Shown: positions 9,578-22,071, numbered from the whole stretch's first letter. The stretch is 63,773 nt of DNA, filler included, from Stramenopiles sp. TOSAG23-3 (GCA_900128585.1; 14 parts of 14 records of this genome joined end to end with filler, not necessarily neighbours in it); one strand, 5' to 3'. The notes: generated from the letters alone by a model not told the origin. Translations and numbers: made by a program.

Positions 9578-9909
9578 CATGGATGGAAGATGGAAGGAGG
9601 AATTTTATATCGCAACAAAAACTTAAAAATATCATACTTGTAATATTTACCTATATAAATTGGTATAGTGAAACTAAACTAAACCATTTTTTGTGAAATA
9701 AAAAAACACTTCTATCCTATTTCTATGTATTAGTTAAAAATCACCCAATGATGGTGTGTTTCCTGCTGTATTAATATTAATACTGATATTTCCTATTTTT
9801 TCTATTATTAATTATAATTATTAAAATTCTTCACCTCTCAATTGTTAGGGCTATTATATTATATAGACTAATAATGACTATAACTATATATTCATTGTAT
9901 TACACAGCC

Positions 9910-9968
9910 GAGCGTTGAGCGTTGAGCGTTGAGCGTTGAGCGTTGAGCGTTGAGCGTTGAGCGTTGAG
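9910..9968. repeat. Tandem repeat (GAGCGTT)8
   Basis: Eight perfect 7-mers read directly. Confidence 0.97.
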
Positions 9969-11116
9969 GAGAGCCGAGAAGAGAGCCGAGAACAAAAACA
10001 CAAAAACCGCATTAGATTTTTAGAGGATTTGCCGCTGTTCCTTCTCCTTAATTATTGGAATCTCTTCTTGTGTTTATGTATGAGTATTTTATATTGGCAA
10101 TTTGGTATTAAATATATATATTAAATGTATATTAACAGGTAGGTACCATAAGGTATAATACCAGTTCGGTTTTAATTAATAAAATACCTTATTAACGTAC
10201 CCGACCCGACGACGACGACGGCGTGAAAAAAACATTGAAGAAGAACCAAAACATTGAACCAAAACATTGCACAGCATCATCTGTCTTCGTATAATACATA
10301 TTTCACGATTGAGGAGGAGAGAAGAAGAAAAAGACGAATGAATTACTGTAATAATAATCTTCTATTTATTATAAAAAATAATTTTAAAAAAATAGTAGAA
10401 GCTACTATCATCACATCATCATTATTATTATTGTTTTTTGTTTTTGTTTGTTCCTAGTTCTTTACCCACCACCGATGGAACTCAATTTGGTGTTTATCAA
10501 AGTCTTGTTCTTACTCTTGCGTGAGATTGAAGATAAAAGGAAGAAGAAAGAAGAAGATAAAAGGAAGAAGAAAGAAGAAGATAATAGAAGAAGGAAGAAG
10601 GAAGAAGAAAGAAGAAGGAAAGAAAGAATTTGTTCCATTTCATTCTCTAATAATTATATATAATAAATATATTCCTTAATATTATACCATTGTAAATATA
10701 ATTCAAAACAAAACATAATATAAATATAATTGGGTATTTAGATTATACTTATTGTATATACAATATAGTTTAAGTATTATATTGAGAATACATACACAAA
10801 CATATAATAAAATCCCTTCCATACTACTTCCATATCAGCTATTATATATAATATTTTTACTTGTTTTAAAAGATCACCCTGTTGTTTTTGATGCTTAGTG
10901 TTAGAGTATTAGGGTTAGGGTGATCTTTTTCTTTCTTTCTTNNNNNNNNNNNNNNNNNNNNNNNNNNNNNNNNNNNNNNNNNNNNTTAATTAATTAANNN
11001 NNNNNNNNNNNNNNNNNNNNNNNNNNNNNNNNNNNNNNNNNATAGTTTATACTTATAAAGTGGTTCGGTATTTCCTATGAATGCGTGTTCAGCAAACGTT
11101 CGTTGTCAGCTCTCTA

Positions 11117-12464
11117 ATAAATGTCGCATTATTTCTCCAAAATAATTTTAAAATGCGACATTTATCACTAGGATTAGACGACTAGACGACTAATAATTAA
11201 ACTATAAATTACGTATTATATTGCTCTAAAATATAAAAATATTACTACAGTATATAATTTAAAATAATAATAATTCTCAAACGTAACATTTACATGGGAA
11301 TTTTCGAAATATGATCATTTTTGCGTTTTTCTGGCATTTTTCTGATTGTATGTGCCTGTAATATTTACGTAACATTTGATGGCGGATTTGGTCATATTTA
11401 GAATATTAATGTTGGTACTAAGTAACTTAAATTATGTTACGTAATTGCAAATAATGGAGAAATTACCAAACTCATAACTTAAATTATAGCATCAAATAGG
11501 GTTTCGGTGTTACGCCACACTAGCCATTACTGGACCTGAAATCATACCTTGATTGGAATCTCATGATATTACTACGTATTTGAAAAGATATAAGTACAAG
11601 TCACGTAACATGAAATTTTGCTTTTTTATTTTAGCAACCCCCCTGGCAAAAAGTCAGGGTCCAGACTAGTCTATGTTCTTATATAGGGAGTTTCACACTA
11701 CAAATAATTGAATAGAAGTACCATTATACTCTCTTGCAGAAGGAAAGAAAAAATTATTTATTTGTATTATAGGCACACACCATGGATAAAATCACGTAAC
11801 ATAAATGTTACGCAATTACTTCTGTATAATAATAATTGCCTCCCGTTCGGGCGAGAACACTGTGTAGAGCTATATTGACTTTTGCACCACTTTTCTGTAC
11901 CGTTTAGTGTTATAAATAGGGTATTATATAGCAAGCTATGCTGTGTCGATCCGGCTGACTCTACACTCAGGCCAGAATATTGTAGTGTATTGAGTACATA
12001 AACCTATCAATAAAAATTGCGAGTGGGTGTGTCTGCCATACGAAGCCTTACCAGGACCCACGAGCGGCTCCTCCCATTCTATCGAGAATTAGGTAAATTA
12101 TAGAAATAGGCCTCTGGCAGGCATCCCGAAGGGTCATATTGTGATAGGATATCATTGTACTTGAAGAATAATGTTAAGGAATACTACAAAATATTGCAAT
12201 TTTATTTAAAAGAAAAAATGGTTAACAGAAAAGTGGGGCATATATCAATAGCCCTTTCAGAGCTGGCTTAGATCAGGGGTTTATTATGTTAGTAAAAACA
12301 AACAATATATTCCAAGTGATAAATGTCGCATTTTAAAATTATTTTGGAAACCAACCCTTCAATTCGTTTTGTATTCTAATGTGTTTTGATAGGTATATAT
12401 TACATAGACATATAATTGGGTTGATTTCAAAAATAATTTTAAAATGCGACATTTATCACTTGGA
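11117..12464. mobile_element. Non-coding foldback/MITE-like element with palindromic ends
   Basis: A 47-bp near-perfect inverted repeat at 12311-12357 / 12418-12464, and a partial copy of the same palindrome at 11117-11173. Confidence 0.55.
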
Positions 12465-13168
12465 CATAACCATACACAACAACTCATTACAGTAAAAATC
12501 TAAATTAGAGTAAGGTTTTAATATTTTTTTACTTACATATTATATATGTACTAGAGACTAATGTATAATCCAACTGAGGGTATTCGTACTCGCAGTCGTC
12601 GAAAATGGATTGTTATTAAATAAAAAACGCAGTATTAAATTGGAATAAATCATGAGCAACGAACTGCTGAAGAAAAAAGAAAGCGCATTTTTACACAACC
12701 CACATGACCCTCCTTAATAAAAAGGAAGGGTCCTCGCAGCTGGAAATTAAAAAAAGTACATAAAAGCTAAAATTCGACTATTATTACATTACATTACATT
12801 AGTATTGAATTAGGTAGCCAGTCTTTATTATTTTGCCCTGTTTATTGTGTTGGTTTTATTTGTTATAAGTACGCTGCTGTATGAAAATAAAATTCGAGTC
12901 ATAGACGACTATCAAAACGACTTTGAAAACATTAAGCAGACAGAAAGCGAACAGCAGTCAACAGAATTTGGTTCGTTTTCAATTGCATATTCCATCTAAT
13001 TTCCAATTTTCTGAATTAATACACTACTGTTATGAGTAGTTTTATATGTATAAAACACGAGGAGAAAATGTTGTGCCACTCTTGGGTCGATTTCACAACG
13101 CCATTTGTAAGTGTATCCACTTCGCCGCACTGTCCCAGTAAAGTTGTTCTTTGACTATTCCGATTGCT

Positions 13169-16045
13169 ATGAGTCAACTACTACGCGGCTACGTAATCGA
13201 GGAACGGAGAGGCTCTACAGATGCTTTGTGCTACAAAAGACCAATATTAGCCCTTCCTAAATACAACAAAACAGACGTGACCGACTGGGGAAGTGCAGTT
13301 TGGGTGTGCGGGTATGGGGGAGAGGGACGCAATGGTCTTAGTGATGAAGGTAAGACTTTGTGGTGGAAGAAAGTTTCTATGTTCCAGAAGCGCTCGATAT
13401 CTATACATTCTGTTGCCTTGGGAGGAAACGTTTCTGTTTTTTTGTCAGACGAAGGGGCTGTTTATACATGTGGTTTTGCCCGCAAAGGTCAGCTCGGTAT
13501 TGCGGACAGACGCCGTTGGAGCAGTTCATCGCCTGTCTATTTGGGCGATTTTGGAGGCAATATTGTGCAAGTTGCAGCTGGCTTAGACATGTGTTTTGCG
13601 TTGTCTAGTTCTGGCTTGCTTTACTCGTGGGGGTCTGGAAAACATGGCAAGCTTGGTTTAGGGGATTGTAATAATCAACACCGCCCTAGAGTAATTTGTC
13701 CCTTAGCATGGGGGGGGGCCATACACATTTCTGCTGGTGCCAATCATGCGCATGCTATTACCGTTGGGGGAGGGCTGTTTTCTTGGGGCTTAAATGACTG
13801 TGGTCAGCTCGGAGTTGGCCATCATGTCAAAAATTCTCCTGTTCCCCTTATTTGTTCTACATTAAGAGGCTGGAAAGGAAAAGTATGCAACGTTGCAACG
13901 TCTTCTTATTTTACTATGGCAGTTGTTAAATTACCAGCAATACCGAACACCCCCAAGCCTTTCAAAACCAAGATAACAGAGAACATGAAACGTATGTTGA
14001 TTGATTTAGCAGATATTTTTAAAATTGAAATGAAACTGAAATCTTCTGACATTCCAAATGTATGGAAACTTGTGGAGGAATCAATCAGGGGTATAATCAT
14101 TTTTTTCCAAAATCGGCCTGCTTTAAAAAATTCCATGAAATCAGCGTGCGGTATAATAGCACAAGTGGAAAGGTTAAAATCCGTGTGTACAGATTGGTCT
14201 GTCATCATAGGGGTAACTAATAATTACTATGACGCTCTATTCAAGTTACTAAACGATAGTGGTCATACACCGAAACTTTCAGGGAATCAAAAATTGATTC
14301 AGATTTTTTCTGTGTGGAATGTTGTTACCAACGATAAGTTTTTTTATTTATTTAGCCCCGGCATTCTCAATTCTAAACTTGAAAGAAAAATCGGCACAAG
14401 TGTTTCTTCGCATGAAATAAATCGCAACTGTGCAGTATTCGTTTGGGGGTATGGTGATATCAGATTAGGGTTAGGACAGAATGAGTCACAATGGTTTTCT
14501 CAGCCGCACAGGAGCGCAAAGTTTCGCCATCAGTTCCTGCCTCGACTGCATCGGCCTCTTTCGCAGCTCAGAAAGGCTATGAACCAAGCAAATAACGCGA
14601 GTGAAAACCCAAGACAGTTCTGTGGAGTTCAAGCAATATCTCTGGGAGATTCGCACGGGTTAGCATTAAGTTTTGATAAAAGGGTTTATGTGTGGGGAAA
14701 GAACACTTACGGCCAACTTGGGTACCGTTTTACGTTAAAAACACGAGTTTACACGGACCTTTATGAACCAAAGGAAATACTTTATCTGAAAGGATGTGTA
14801 CAAATCGCGTGTGGGAAAAGGCATTCCCTTGCCTTGCGAGATACTGGGGAGGCATACTCATGGGGATTTAATAATTTTGGACAACTAGGCCACGGAGATA
14901 AAATTATTCGTGCCCTTCCCTGTTTATGTTTAAAACTTCATGGTGTCCGAGTCCAGCATATAGCCGCTGGCTTTGAAAATTCCTCTATTTTAACAGCCAA
15001 ACCCCCAAATGTGCTTGGGGAGTATAAGCCTATTGCCTGGCCAATGTATAAGTACGAAACTGGAGAACGTTACAGATGCTCAGCTATGGATATATGGTTG
15101 CCATACAACAGAGTTGGATCACAAACGCCACAGAATTTTAATTCTTTAAATTTCCCCACAGGATTTTTCCAAAGCAGCTGCAAAACGGAAATTTCTTGTG
15201 CCGTTGAGCCAAATGCCGACGTCAAAAAACACTTTCGCCAAATGACACACCCCAAGTGTCAATTTTCTGCTCGCCATGTTTGGTTAGCCTCAGGGGGGAA
15301 CGTAGAAACTCAGCCGGCAGCCGGAAAAACAACGTACATATCTGGAAATCAGGATCGGCGTAAAGCTTGTTACAGAGATCAAGATAATTACAAAAATAAT
15401 GTAACTGCTCGGCGCGATAAAAATATTTTTGATTATCGAGACAGATGGTTCCTGAAGAAGAAACTTAAGCAAAGTAGTGCTGTAAAAATCCAAAACTGGT
15501 TGCGAAAATTTATTGTACGATCCCCAAACATTTGTGACGGAGACAACAATAATTCTGCATCACAATTACATAATTTGCTGCAAAGTAGACCAGAATCTAA
15601 TTTTACGCTATCAAAATGTTCTCAATTAGTCTTCTTACAAGCATGCATCAGGGGATACTTAATTCGAAAAAATATTCGAACATTGAGCAGGCAAGAAAAA
15701 TTGAGCCAATCTCGATCTGATGCCGCCGTTTTAATCCAAACGTTCATTCGTAGACAGCAATCCATAATAAATTATAAAGCTTTACAAATACAACAAAAAG
15801 AAAAAGATGCATCTTTGTATTTTAGTGCAATCAATGGAGATTTGAAAGCTGTAGTGAAAGCTTTCTCAAATGGAGCTCGCCCTAAGGGTTACAGTAATGC
15901 AAACGGTTTGCATGCGGCCGAAGAAGCCGATAGAAAGGGCTTTCACTTGGTATGCAAATGGCTGAAAACACCAAGTGATGTCGGTAGAGATGCAGTGTAC
16001 AACCACTGGCTTACCAATACTTCTCTCACCGACGGATTAAAGTAG
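13169..16045 (+). CDS. RCC1-repeat protein with IQ motifs and a C-terminal ankyrin-like repeat
   Basis: Multiple 'YSWGxxxxGQLG' RCC1 repeats in two blocks; IQNWLRK, LQACIRG and IQTFIRR motifs. First ATG at 13169. Confidence 0.88.
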   Translation: MSQLLRGYVIEERRGSTDALCYKRPILALPKYNKTDVTDWGSAVWVCGYGGEGRNGLSDEGKTLWWKKVSMFQKRSISIHSVALGGNVSVFLSDEGAVYTCGFARKGQLGIADRRRWSSSSPVYLGDFGGNIVQVAAGLDMCFALSSSGLLYSWGSGKHGKLGLGDCNNQHRPRVICPLAWGGAIHISAGANHAHAITVGGGLFSWGLNDCGQLGVGHHVKNSPVPLICSTLRGWKGKVCNVATSSYFTMAVVKLPAIPNTPKPFKTKITENMKRMLIDLADIFKIEMKLKSSDIPNVWKLVEESIRGIIIFFQNRPALKNSMKSACGIIAQVERLKSVCTDWSVIIGVTNNYYDALFKLLNDSGHTPKLSGNQKLIQIFSVWNVVTNDKFFYLFSPGILNSKLERKIGTSVSSHEINRNCAVFVWGYGDIRLGLGQNESQWFSQPHRSAKFRHQFLPRLHRPLSQLRKAMNQANNASENPRQFCGVQAISLGDSHGLALSFDKRVYVWGKNTYGQLGYRFTLKTRVYTDLYEPKEILYLKGCVQIACGKRHSLALRDTGEAYSWGFNNFGQLGHGDKIIRALPCLCLKLHGVRVQHIAAGFENSSILTAKPPNVLGEYKPIAWPMYKYETGERYRCSAMDIWLPYNRVGSQTPQNFNSLNFPTGFFQSSCKTEISCAVEPNADVKKHFRQMTHPKCQFSARHVWLASGGNVETQPAAGKTTYISGNQDRRKACYRDQDNYKNNVTARRDKNIFDYRDRWFLKKKLKQSSAVKIQNWLRKFIVRSPNICDGDNNNSASQLHNLLQSRPESNFTLSKCSQLVFLQACIRGYLIRKNIRTLSRQEKLSQSRSDAAVLIQTFIRRQQSIINYKALQIQQKEKDASLYFSAINGDLKAVVKAFSNGARPKGYSNANGLHAAEEADRKGFHLVCKWLKTPSDVGRDAVYNHWLTNTSLTDGLK

Positions 16046-16824
16046 ATAAATTATTTTTATTTCGTCAATTTCATACTCAGCAACATGCCCAACAAATGTT
16101 TCTTAGGTATTCTGCCTTAATGCAATTGCATGGGCATGAAGGATCCTGGATATATGAGTTTGCATGTTTTTCTATCCATAAAATCCTTTTGTATTTATTG
16201 CTTACTTGATGAATCGATGCTGTAAATTTCTGCTTAGTTTGATTGTGTCTAAAGATTGGCTGTTATTTAAGTAGTTAAATTAAAACTATTAAGCCGCTGC
16301 TTGGAAAATCGTACAAGGATTGAGTCACCTATGAGTGAGATATCGGATGAGAAAGTTGATTACGGTTCATTTGAAAGCAGTTTTAATCCATCTACTGATT
16401 CAGATCATCAATGGAGTACATCTGAGAATGATAGTTAAGTTCGCAGTTCATGAAGGAATGNNNNNNNNNNNNNNNNNNNNNNNNNNNNNNNNNNNNNNNN
16501 NNNNTTAATTAATTAANNNNNNNNNNNNNNNNNNNNNNNNNNNNNNNNNNNNNNNNNNNNAGATGACTCATTCCCTGTGAGATTTTCAAAGCAGCGGCGT
16601 AATTGTTTTAGAGGTGCTCGTTGTCTGCTATGTAAATCATTCAAAGGATTGTCATTTGTGAGTTGGGGTGTCGGGGGAGGGTCGTTTGTGTCATTTTCGG
16701 TTGGCGGTGCGATGGGTGTGGTTCGTTGGAGTGCCAGTTGGAATCTCTTATATCACATGTAAATTAAACATTGTGTGTAAAATTTTCAAATAAATTAAAC
16801 TTTAGATCTCTCCTCCTCGACGTT

Positions 16825-18285
16825 TTACTTCTCTGGCGTCTCTTCAAACTTGAGGCCAAACTTCTTAAACGATTCCATCCTATGGTGCCTGTGCCCACCG
16901 TGCGAATTCAAAATCCAGGACCAGTGACCGCCGGCCTGCTTCTTTGGCACACTTGGCTTTGTCACATTGCCAGTCGCGCCCACCTTTTTTCCTATGCGTC
17001 GGGTGCGTTCGTCCTGCACAATCTTATTATAGCCTGTTGCACCACTAGCGGCGCCGGTTGAACCTGTATTGTCCTGTTCTGCGGCTTCCGCAACACCAGT
17101 GGGACTTGCTCCCCCGGAAGCTGCTCCTGGCCCTCCGGAAGCTGTTCCTGCCCCCCCGGAAGCCGCTCGTGCCCCCCCGGAAGCTGCTCCTGTCGTGCCA
17201 GAGGCGGCGGCCCCGGCGTGCCCCTTGCGGTGGTATTCGATATACTTTTCGAGATCTTTCAATTCTTCTGGTTTGACTTTCGGCTCGTCGTTCTTTGCGC
17301 AGGGGCCAGTGGCTCCCGACGCAGATCCGGTCGCGCCCGAGGCCGTGGACCCAGTCGCGCCTGAGGCCGTGGACCCAGTCGCGCCCGAGGCCGTGGACCC
17401 AGTCGCGCCCGAGGCCGTGGAACCAGTCGCGCCCGAGGCCGTGGAACCAGTCGCACCCGATGCGCCCGAGGCGGCTCCTGTTTTGGCCGCAGCGGTAGTG
17501 GTGGACTGTTTCGTCGATCCAGTGGCGGAACCAGTGGCGGAACCAGTGGCGGAACCAGTGGCGGAACCAGTGACGGATCCAGTGGCGGATCCAGTGGCTC
17601 TGACGGTCGCCTTTGCTGCCGCGCCAGTGATGCCTGAGGAGGCGGTGGCGCCGGTTGCGCCCGTGCTCGTTCCCGTTCGGCCAAGGTCACTGTGCTTGGA
17701 ACCAGTCGTGATGGGTCCCTTTGACTTTCGTGCCCCGGTCATACCACTAGTTGGTATGTTCGTGGCGGTTGCACCTGTACTATCTTTCGCTGCCTTGGCG
17801 GCTCCCGTAGCGCCGGTGGCGCCCGTAGCGCTCTTCTTGGCCTTGCTGCCGGTGGCGCCCGTGGCGCTCTTCTTGACCTTGCTGCCGGTGGCGCCCGTGG
17901 CTTTTTTTGCACTACCGGTGGCCCCGGATGCGGTGCCGGTGGCGCCAGTCGCGCCCGTCGCGCCCGTCGCGCCCGTCGCGCCAGAGGCTGCCCCGGTGGT
18001 ACCCGCGTTTATGCCGTTCTTCTTATCTTCCTCGGCCTCCGCCTTGGCTTCTTGGGAAACTACTTCGTTGGTGGACTCTTCGTCCATCTTGGTCAAAAGC
18101 CGCGAGACTTCTGCCTCGATGACGTGTTGGCTCGTACTATCGGCCGCCCCTGTTCCGCCGATCGGTTGAACCTGCCTCGACCGTTTGATTCGTTCCCCTC
18201 TAATATTACCGGCGACGGCCCATGACGGCAAACCTACAAGCAAGACCAAACCTAACAACAAAACTATTCTTTTGTTGAAGACCAT
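16825..18285 (-). CDS. Secreted Gly/Ala/Thr/Ser-rich repeat protein
   Basis: Signal peptide [25 protein letters not shown]; (GAT)n, (GSAT)n and (GATGSTAS)n repeats. Confidence 0.8.
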   Translation of the reverse strand: MVFNKRIVLLLGLVLLVGLPSWAVAGNIRGERIKRSRQVQPIGGTGAADSTSQHVIEAEVSRLLTKMDEESTNEVVSQEAKAEAEEDKKNGINAGTTGAASGATGATGATGATGATGTASGATGSAKKATGATGSKVKKSATGATGSKAKKSATGATGATGAAKAAKDSTGATATNIPTSGMTGARKSKGPITTGSKHSDLGRTGTSTGATGATASSGITGAAAKATVRATGSATGSVTGSATGSATGSATGSATGSTKQSTTTAAAKTGAASGASGATGSTASGATGSTASGATGSTASGATGSTASGATGSTASGATGSASGATGPCAKNDEPKVKPEELKDLEKYIEYHRKGHAGAAASGTTGAASGGARAASGGAGTASGGPGAASGGASPTGVAEAAEQDNTGSTGAASGATGYNKIVQDERTRRIGKKVGATGNVTKPSVPKKQAGGHWSWILNSHGGHRHHRMESFKKFGLKFEETPEK

Positions 18286-18999
18286 GCTCGCTTGGCTATT
18301 TTTAAACAACTCCAAACAAAACAAAGAAACAACCTACACAGTTGGTAAGGACAATTCTAGGTTCCGTACACAACCACAGACGTAACTGCTTAAAGAACCA
18401 ATATTTTCTTCACATCTCATGGATATATCTCTTCTTTCCTTGAATGCAAACATCCAAACGTATACATTGATTTAAAATCAAGCAAAACCAAATTGTTTCA
18501 CTCTTCTCTTATATATAAAGAACGACAATTCCCCTCTCCCTCCCTCCCTCTCTCTCCCTCTTCCTTCCTTTCATTTGTATACTATACTGCTGTACTGCTG
18601 TAGTAAACAAACAGTAAACAAATTATTTTATTATCTTCTAATTAATTTAGAATTTAAAATAGAAATAGCAGCTCTTCGAAGTTTTTCCTTTCTTTCCTTA
18701 TTACACTGTATTGTATACTATGTATTTATATTTTAATAGTCTATTAATATAATATTATTATAGTTATAATCTTTATATATTTAATACTATATACAATTTA
18801 TAAGTACATAATGTTTATTCTTTACCTATTTATACTCATTTAAAAATCTTCTATGATTCTTAACGTAAGAAGATTAAAATAACATCAAAATAGAATAGGA
18901 TTACATTCCTATAGTATGAACCTATTATTATTGTCTTGAGATTTGATCCCCCTTTTTTTTTAATTAAAATTTTATTAAAATTGAAAAATGACACCTTCA

Positions 19000-19168
19000 T
19001 TCCTCCTCTTCTTCTTTTTTCTCTTCTCTTTCCTTCTCTTCTCTTTCCTTCTCTTCTCTTTCCTTCTCTTCCTTCTCTTCTCTTCCTTCTCTTCCTTCTC
19101 TCTCTTCTCTCTTCTCTTTCCTTCTCTTCCTTCTCTCTCTTCTCTTCCTTCTCTTCCTTCCTTCCCCA
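19000..19168. repeat. Polypyrimidine low-complexity tract
   Basis: About 165 nt of C/T only, with CTCTT/CCTT units. Confidence 0.9.
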
Positions 19169-19811
19169 TCCAATCCATCATTATACATTATTTGTACATA
19201 TTATAGCTAAATAGAGAGAGAAGAGAGATATTCTGATATTCTAAAAAGGAAGAGAAAGAAAGACCTTTTTTAATTTGACTTGTTGTTTTGTTCTTACTAA
19301 TAACGAACTGCTGTATTTAAATTTAATACTGTGTCTGTTGCTTTTATTCCTATTTTTTTTTTTGTCAGTTCTTGCTGCTGTAGTTAGCTGAAGTAATCAA
19401 TCTTTGGCTTGTTGGTACAGTACGAGGTCGTATAATATTAATACCGGTACAGGTAACAGGTAATGATTAACAATTATTAATCTCTTCTTCTTCTTATTTG
19501 TTGTGTTGAGAAGAGATATGGAGGATATTTTTTATCTTCTTTTTTTTCTTCTCTTTTTTTCTTCTTCTTTTTTTTCTTCTTCTTTTTTTTTTTTTTTTTC
19601 ATCATCTTCTTCTTCTCTCATTCTTCATCATCACATCATCTTTCTTTTTTCTTCCTGACAAACACACAAACATACCACACACCCTTTATTTGTCCGTAGA
19701 AATATTGACAATGACAAAAATGATTGAAAACAAAGTATTTGATTACATCCGTCATGGTCTCTTTCTCATCTTGCCTGTCTGCCCTCCCATTCTTTGAGAC
19801 TTTAACCCACA

Positions 19812-20981
19812 ATGGACTTTGTGCGCGGCGTAGTGTCCAAGAAGAAAGTGCGGTACGTCGACCACCAGCATGGGTTTAACTTGGATCTAACGTACATACC
19901 GACCGGCGTCCCGTTCCCGGGCCTAGAGATTGACAAAACGTACAGCGCCGGGAAGAAGCCGGAGAGGACGCAGCTCATCGCAATGGGGTTTCCCTCCGAA
20001 GGAACGGAAGGGTTGTACAGAAATCCTATCAAGGAAGTCCGCCGTTTCTTCAACCTATTCCACAAGGACAAATTCAAGATCTACAACCTTTGCAGCGAGA
20101 AGGCGTACGAGGTCGAGAAGCTGTTCACGTCCTCGAGCGGGCCCGGGTCCCCCCCGAACAACAACATTTCCCACGCGCGGACCGCACGGTATGGCTTCGA
20201 CGACCACAACCCGCCTCCGCTTGCACTGATGCTCCCATTCTGCAACGACCTGGAGAAATGGCTGGCCGAGGACCCGGAGAACGTCGCCTCGATTCACTGC
20301 AAGGCGGGGAAGGGGCGGACGGGGACGCTGATCTGCGTCTACCTGGTGCACTCCGGGCGGTACACGGCGGAGGAGGCCCTCGAGAGCTTTGGGAACGCCC
20401 GGACGGCCAACGGGAAGGGCGTCACGATCCCGTCCCAGCAGCGGTATGTATATTACTATGAGCAGATGCGGCTCCGAAGCCACACCATCACCGAGTACAC
20501 GTTCCAGATCCTTCACATCCGCCTGGTCCAAGTACCCACCTGCGAGGGCGCCCTCCAGGGGTACGGGTGTGAGCCGTCGTTTTCCATTTTTCAGCAGGCG
20601 TACACGGAGGCGGGGGGGCAGTGCCTTTCTGAGACGACCAAGATTTACGATTTTTCCGAGCACTCGGCCATTCGGCACTTTAAAAAGGACGAACGGTTCG
20701 TCGACCTGGACTGCTCAGACCACGGTGTCCTCCTCAAGGGCGACATCAAGCTACAGTTTTACCACCGGGAGGACAAAATCTGCCACGTCTGGTTCAACAC
20801 CGCCTTCATCGAGAACAACTACCTGTGCTTCGAGAAGACGGTGGTGGACAAGGCGTGCAGGGACAAGGACAACGCCCGGTTCGACCCGAACTTTAAAATA
20901 GAAATATACCTGAAACGGAACGAGATGGGCACGATGGAGAAGCCGTCCACGCGGCGGAGCCTGGGGAATCTCACCTCATAA
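19812..20981 (+). CDS. PTEN: PTEN-family phosphoinositide 3-phosphatase with C2 domain
   Basis: VSKKKVRY..LDLTYI, IAMGFP, FDDHNPP, HCKAGKGRTG, TIPSQQRY, WFNTAF. Confidence 0.97.
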   Translation: MDFVRGVVSKKKVRYVDHQHGFNLDLTYIPTGVPFPGLEIDKTYSAGKKPERTQLIAMGFPSEGTEGLYRNPIKEVRRFFNLFHKDKFKIYNLCSEKAYEVEKLFTSSSGPGSPPNNNISHARTARYGFDDHNPPPLALMLPFCNDLEKWLAEDPENVASIHCKAGKGRTGTLICVYLVHSGRYTAEEALESFGNARTANGKGVTIPSQQRYVYYYEQMRLRSHTITEYTFQILHIRLVQVPTCEGALQGYGCEPSFSIFQQAYTEAGGQCLSETTKIYDFSEHSAIRHFKKDERFVDLDCSDHGVLLKGDIKLQFYHREDKICHVWFNTAFIENNYLCFEKTVVDKACRDKDNARFDPNFKIEIYLKRNEMGTMEKPSTRRSLGNLTS

Positions 20982-21182
20982 GCAGGTGGAGAGCAACGTG
21001 CTTTTTTAAAAAAGCGCAAATAATAAATTTTAGAAAATATTTACCTCGTAGAAAAGAACTAGTCCGTAAGTACGTAGAGAGGGGCGCGCGCGCCAGCCTT
21101 TAAAATCATGAAAAAATTGTACAAAATACTTTGTAATGGGAACCGCAACGCTACACGCCGTAATGTTGGTCTAGGGCCCCTC

Positions 21183-21494
21183 CTACTGCAGCAACTCCCG
21201 CTCCTCGCGAAGCTTCTTGGCCTCGTCGATGTGTTCGCTCAAATAAAAGTTAAGGGGGTCCTGGATAGCCTGTACGTCGGCTGGCAGGTGCACGTGTTTC
21301 ATGTTCATATCGATAGCGCGCTTCAACCTACGGTCGCGGCCAACACGGTCCTCGTCTGGCATGAATTCTTTGTGCGCGCGGTAAACGTCGGCGTTCTCAA
21401 CTAGCATATCTTCGTATCGCAAACCATACTTTGCTAACGATTTGCTGACGGCACGTTGGTACCAACGTGCGAGGGGTTTTAGCAAAACACTCAT
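21183..21494 (-). CDS. QCR7: Cytochrome b-c1 complex subunit 7
   Basis: KYGLRYEDML...RDRRLKRAID...KHVHLP...YL..E..ERE pattern; 103 aa. Confidence 0.95.
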   Translation of the reverse strand: MSVLLKPLARWYQRAVSKSLAKYGLRYEDMLVENADVYRAHKEFMPDEDRVGRDRRLKRAIDMNMKHVHLPADVQAIQDPLNFYLSEHIDEAKKLREERELLQ

Positions 21495-22071
21495 TTTCTC
21501 GGGTGTACGTTCGTTCGTTCGTTCTGTGTATTGTCTAATACGGTCTTAACAACGATTGTCAATGTATCTGTACACGCGCTCCGTTCACCTCTTACTCTTT
21601 TCGTTTCGTTTATTAGGTAAAGTAATCGTTCCATACTTCACACAAACAGTTGTGTTCCTACCGGTCGGTAGCCGTTCATTCATTTTTTTTTAAATAATTA
21701 GTATTAATTATTATTAGTCGTATCATCTACTTATGTATTATTTTATTAAGTAATAACTACATTATTTATTATTTTTTATTATTATTTTTTTTCTTATTAT
21801 TTTATTATAATAATACACTGTGTATGTTTAATACATAATAATACAGAGTAGTTGTTGTAATAATAATTGGCATTATTTATTATTAATTATTTTGTATTTT
21901 TTTTTAATTTTCTGTAGTTGTACAGTAGAACGCGTTGTACAGTATTAATTATTATTTTGTATTTTTTTTTTNNNNNNNNNNNNNNNNNNNNNNNNNNNNN
22001 NNNNNNNNNNNNNNNTTAATTAATTAANNNNNNNNNNNNNNNNNNNNNNNNNNNNNNNNNNNNNNNNNNNN

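Noticed and set aside
9910-9968. Tandem repeat as a CRISPR array or telomere
   Set aside because: No spacers and an internal position; a simple minisatellite.
10909-10920. TTAGGG x2 near a contig end
   Set aside because: Only two units and not terminal; insufficient for a telomere.
13169-16045. Lower-GC RCC1 gene as horizontal transfer or contamination
   Set aside because: The architecture is eukaryotic; composition alone cannot separate bin heterogeneity from normal variation.
17069-18169. 366-aa plus-strand Pro/Val/Ala ORF
   Set aside because: Antisense shadow of the repeat protein; the minus-strand ORF has the signal peptide.
18936-19214. ORFs in low-complexity tracts (also near 10254-10663, 30869-31079, 44040-44222, 51679-51926)
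   Set aside because: Translations of microsatellite or AT-rich DNA.
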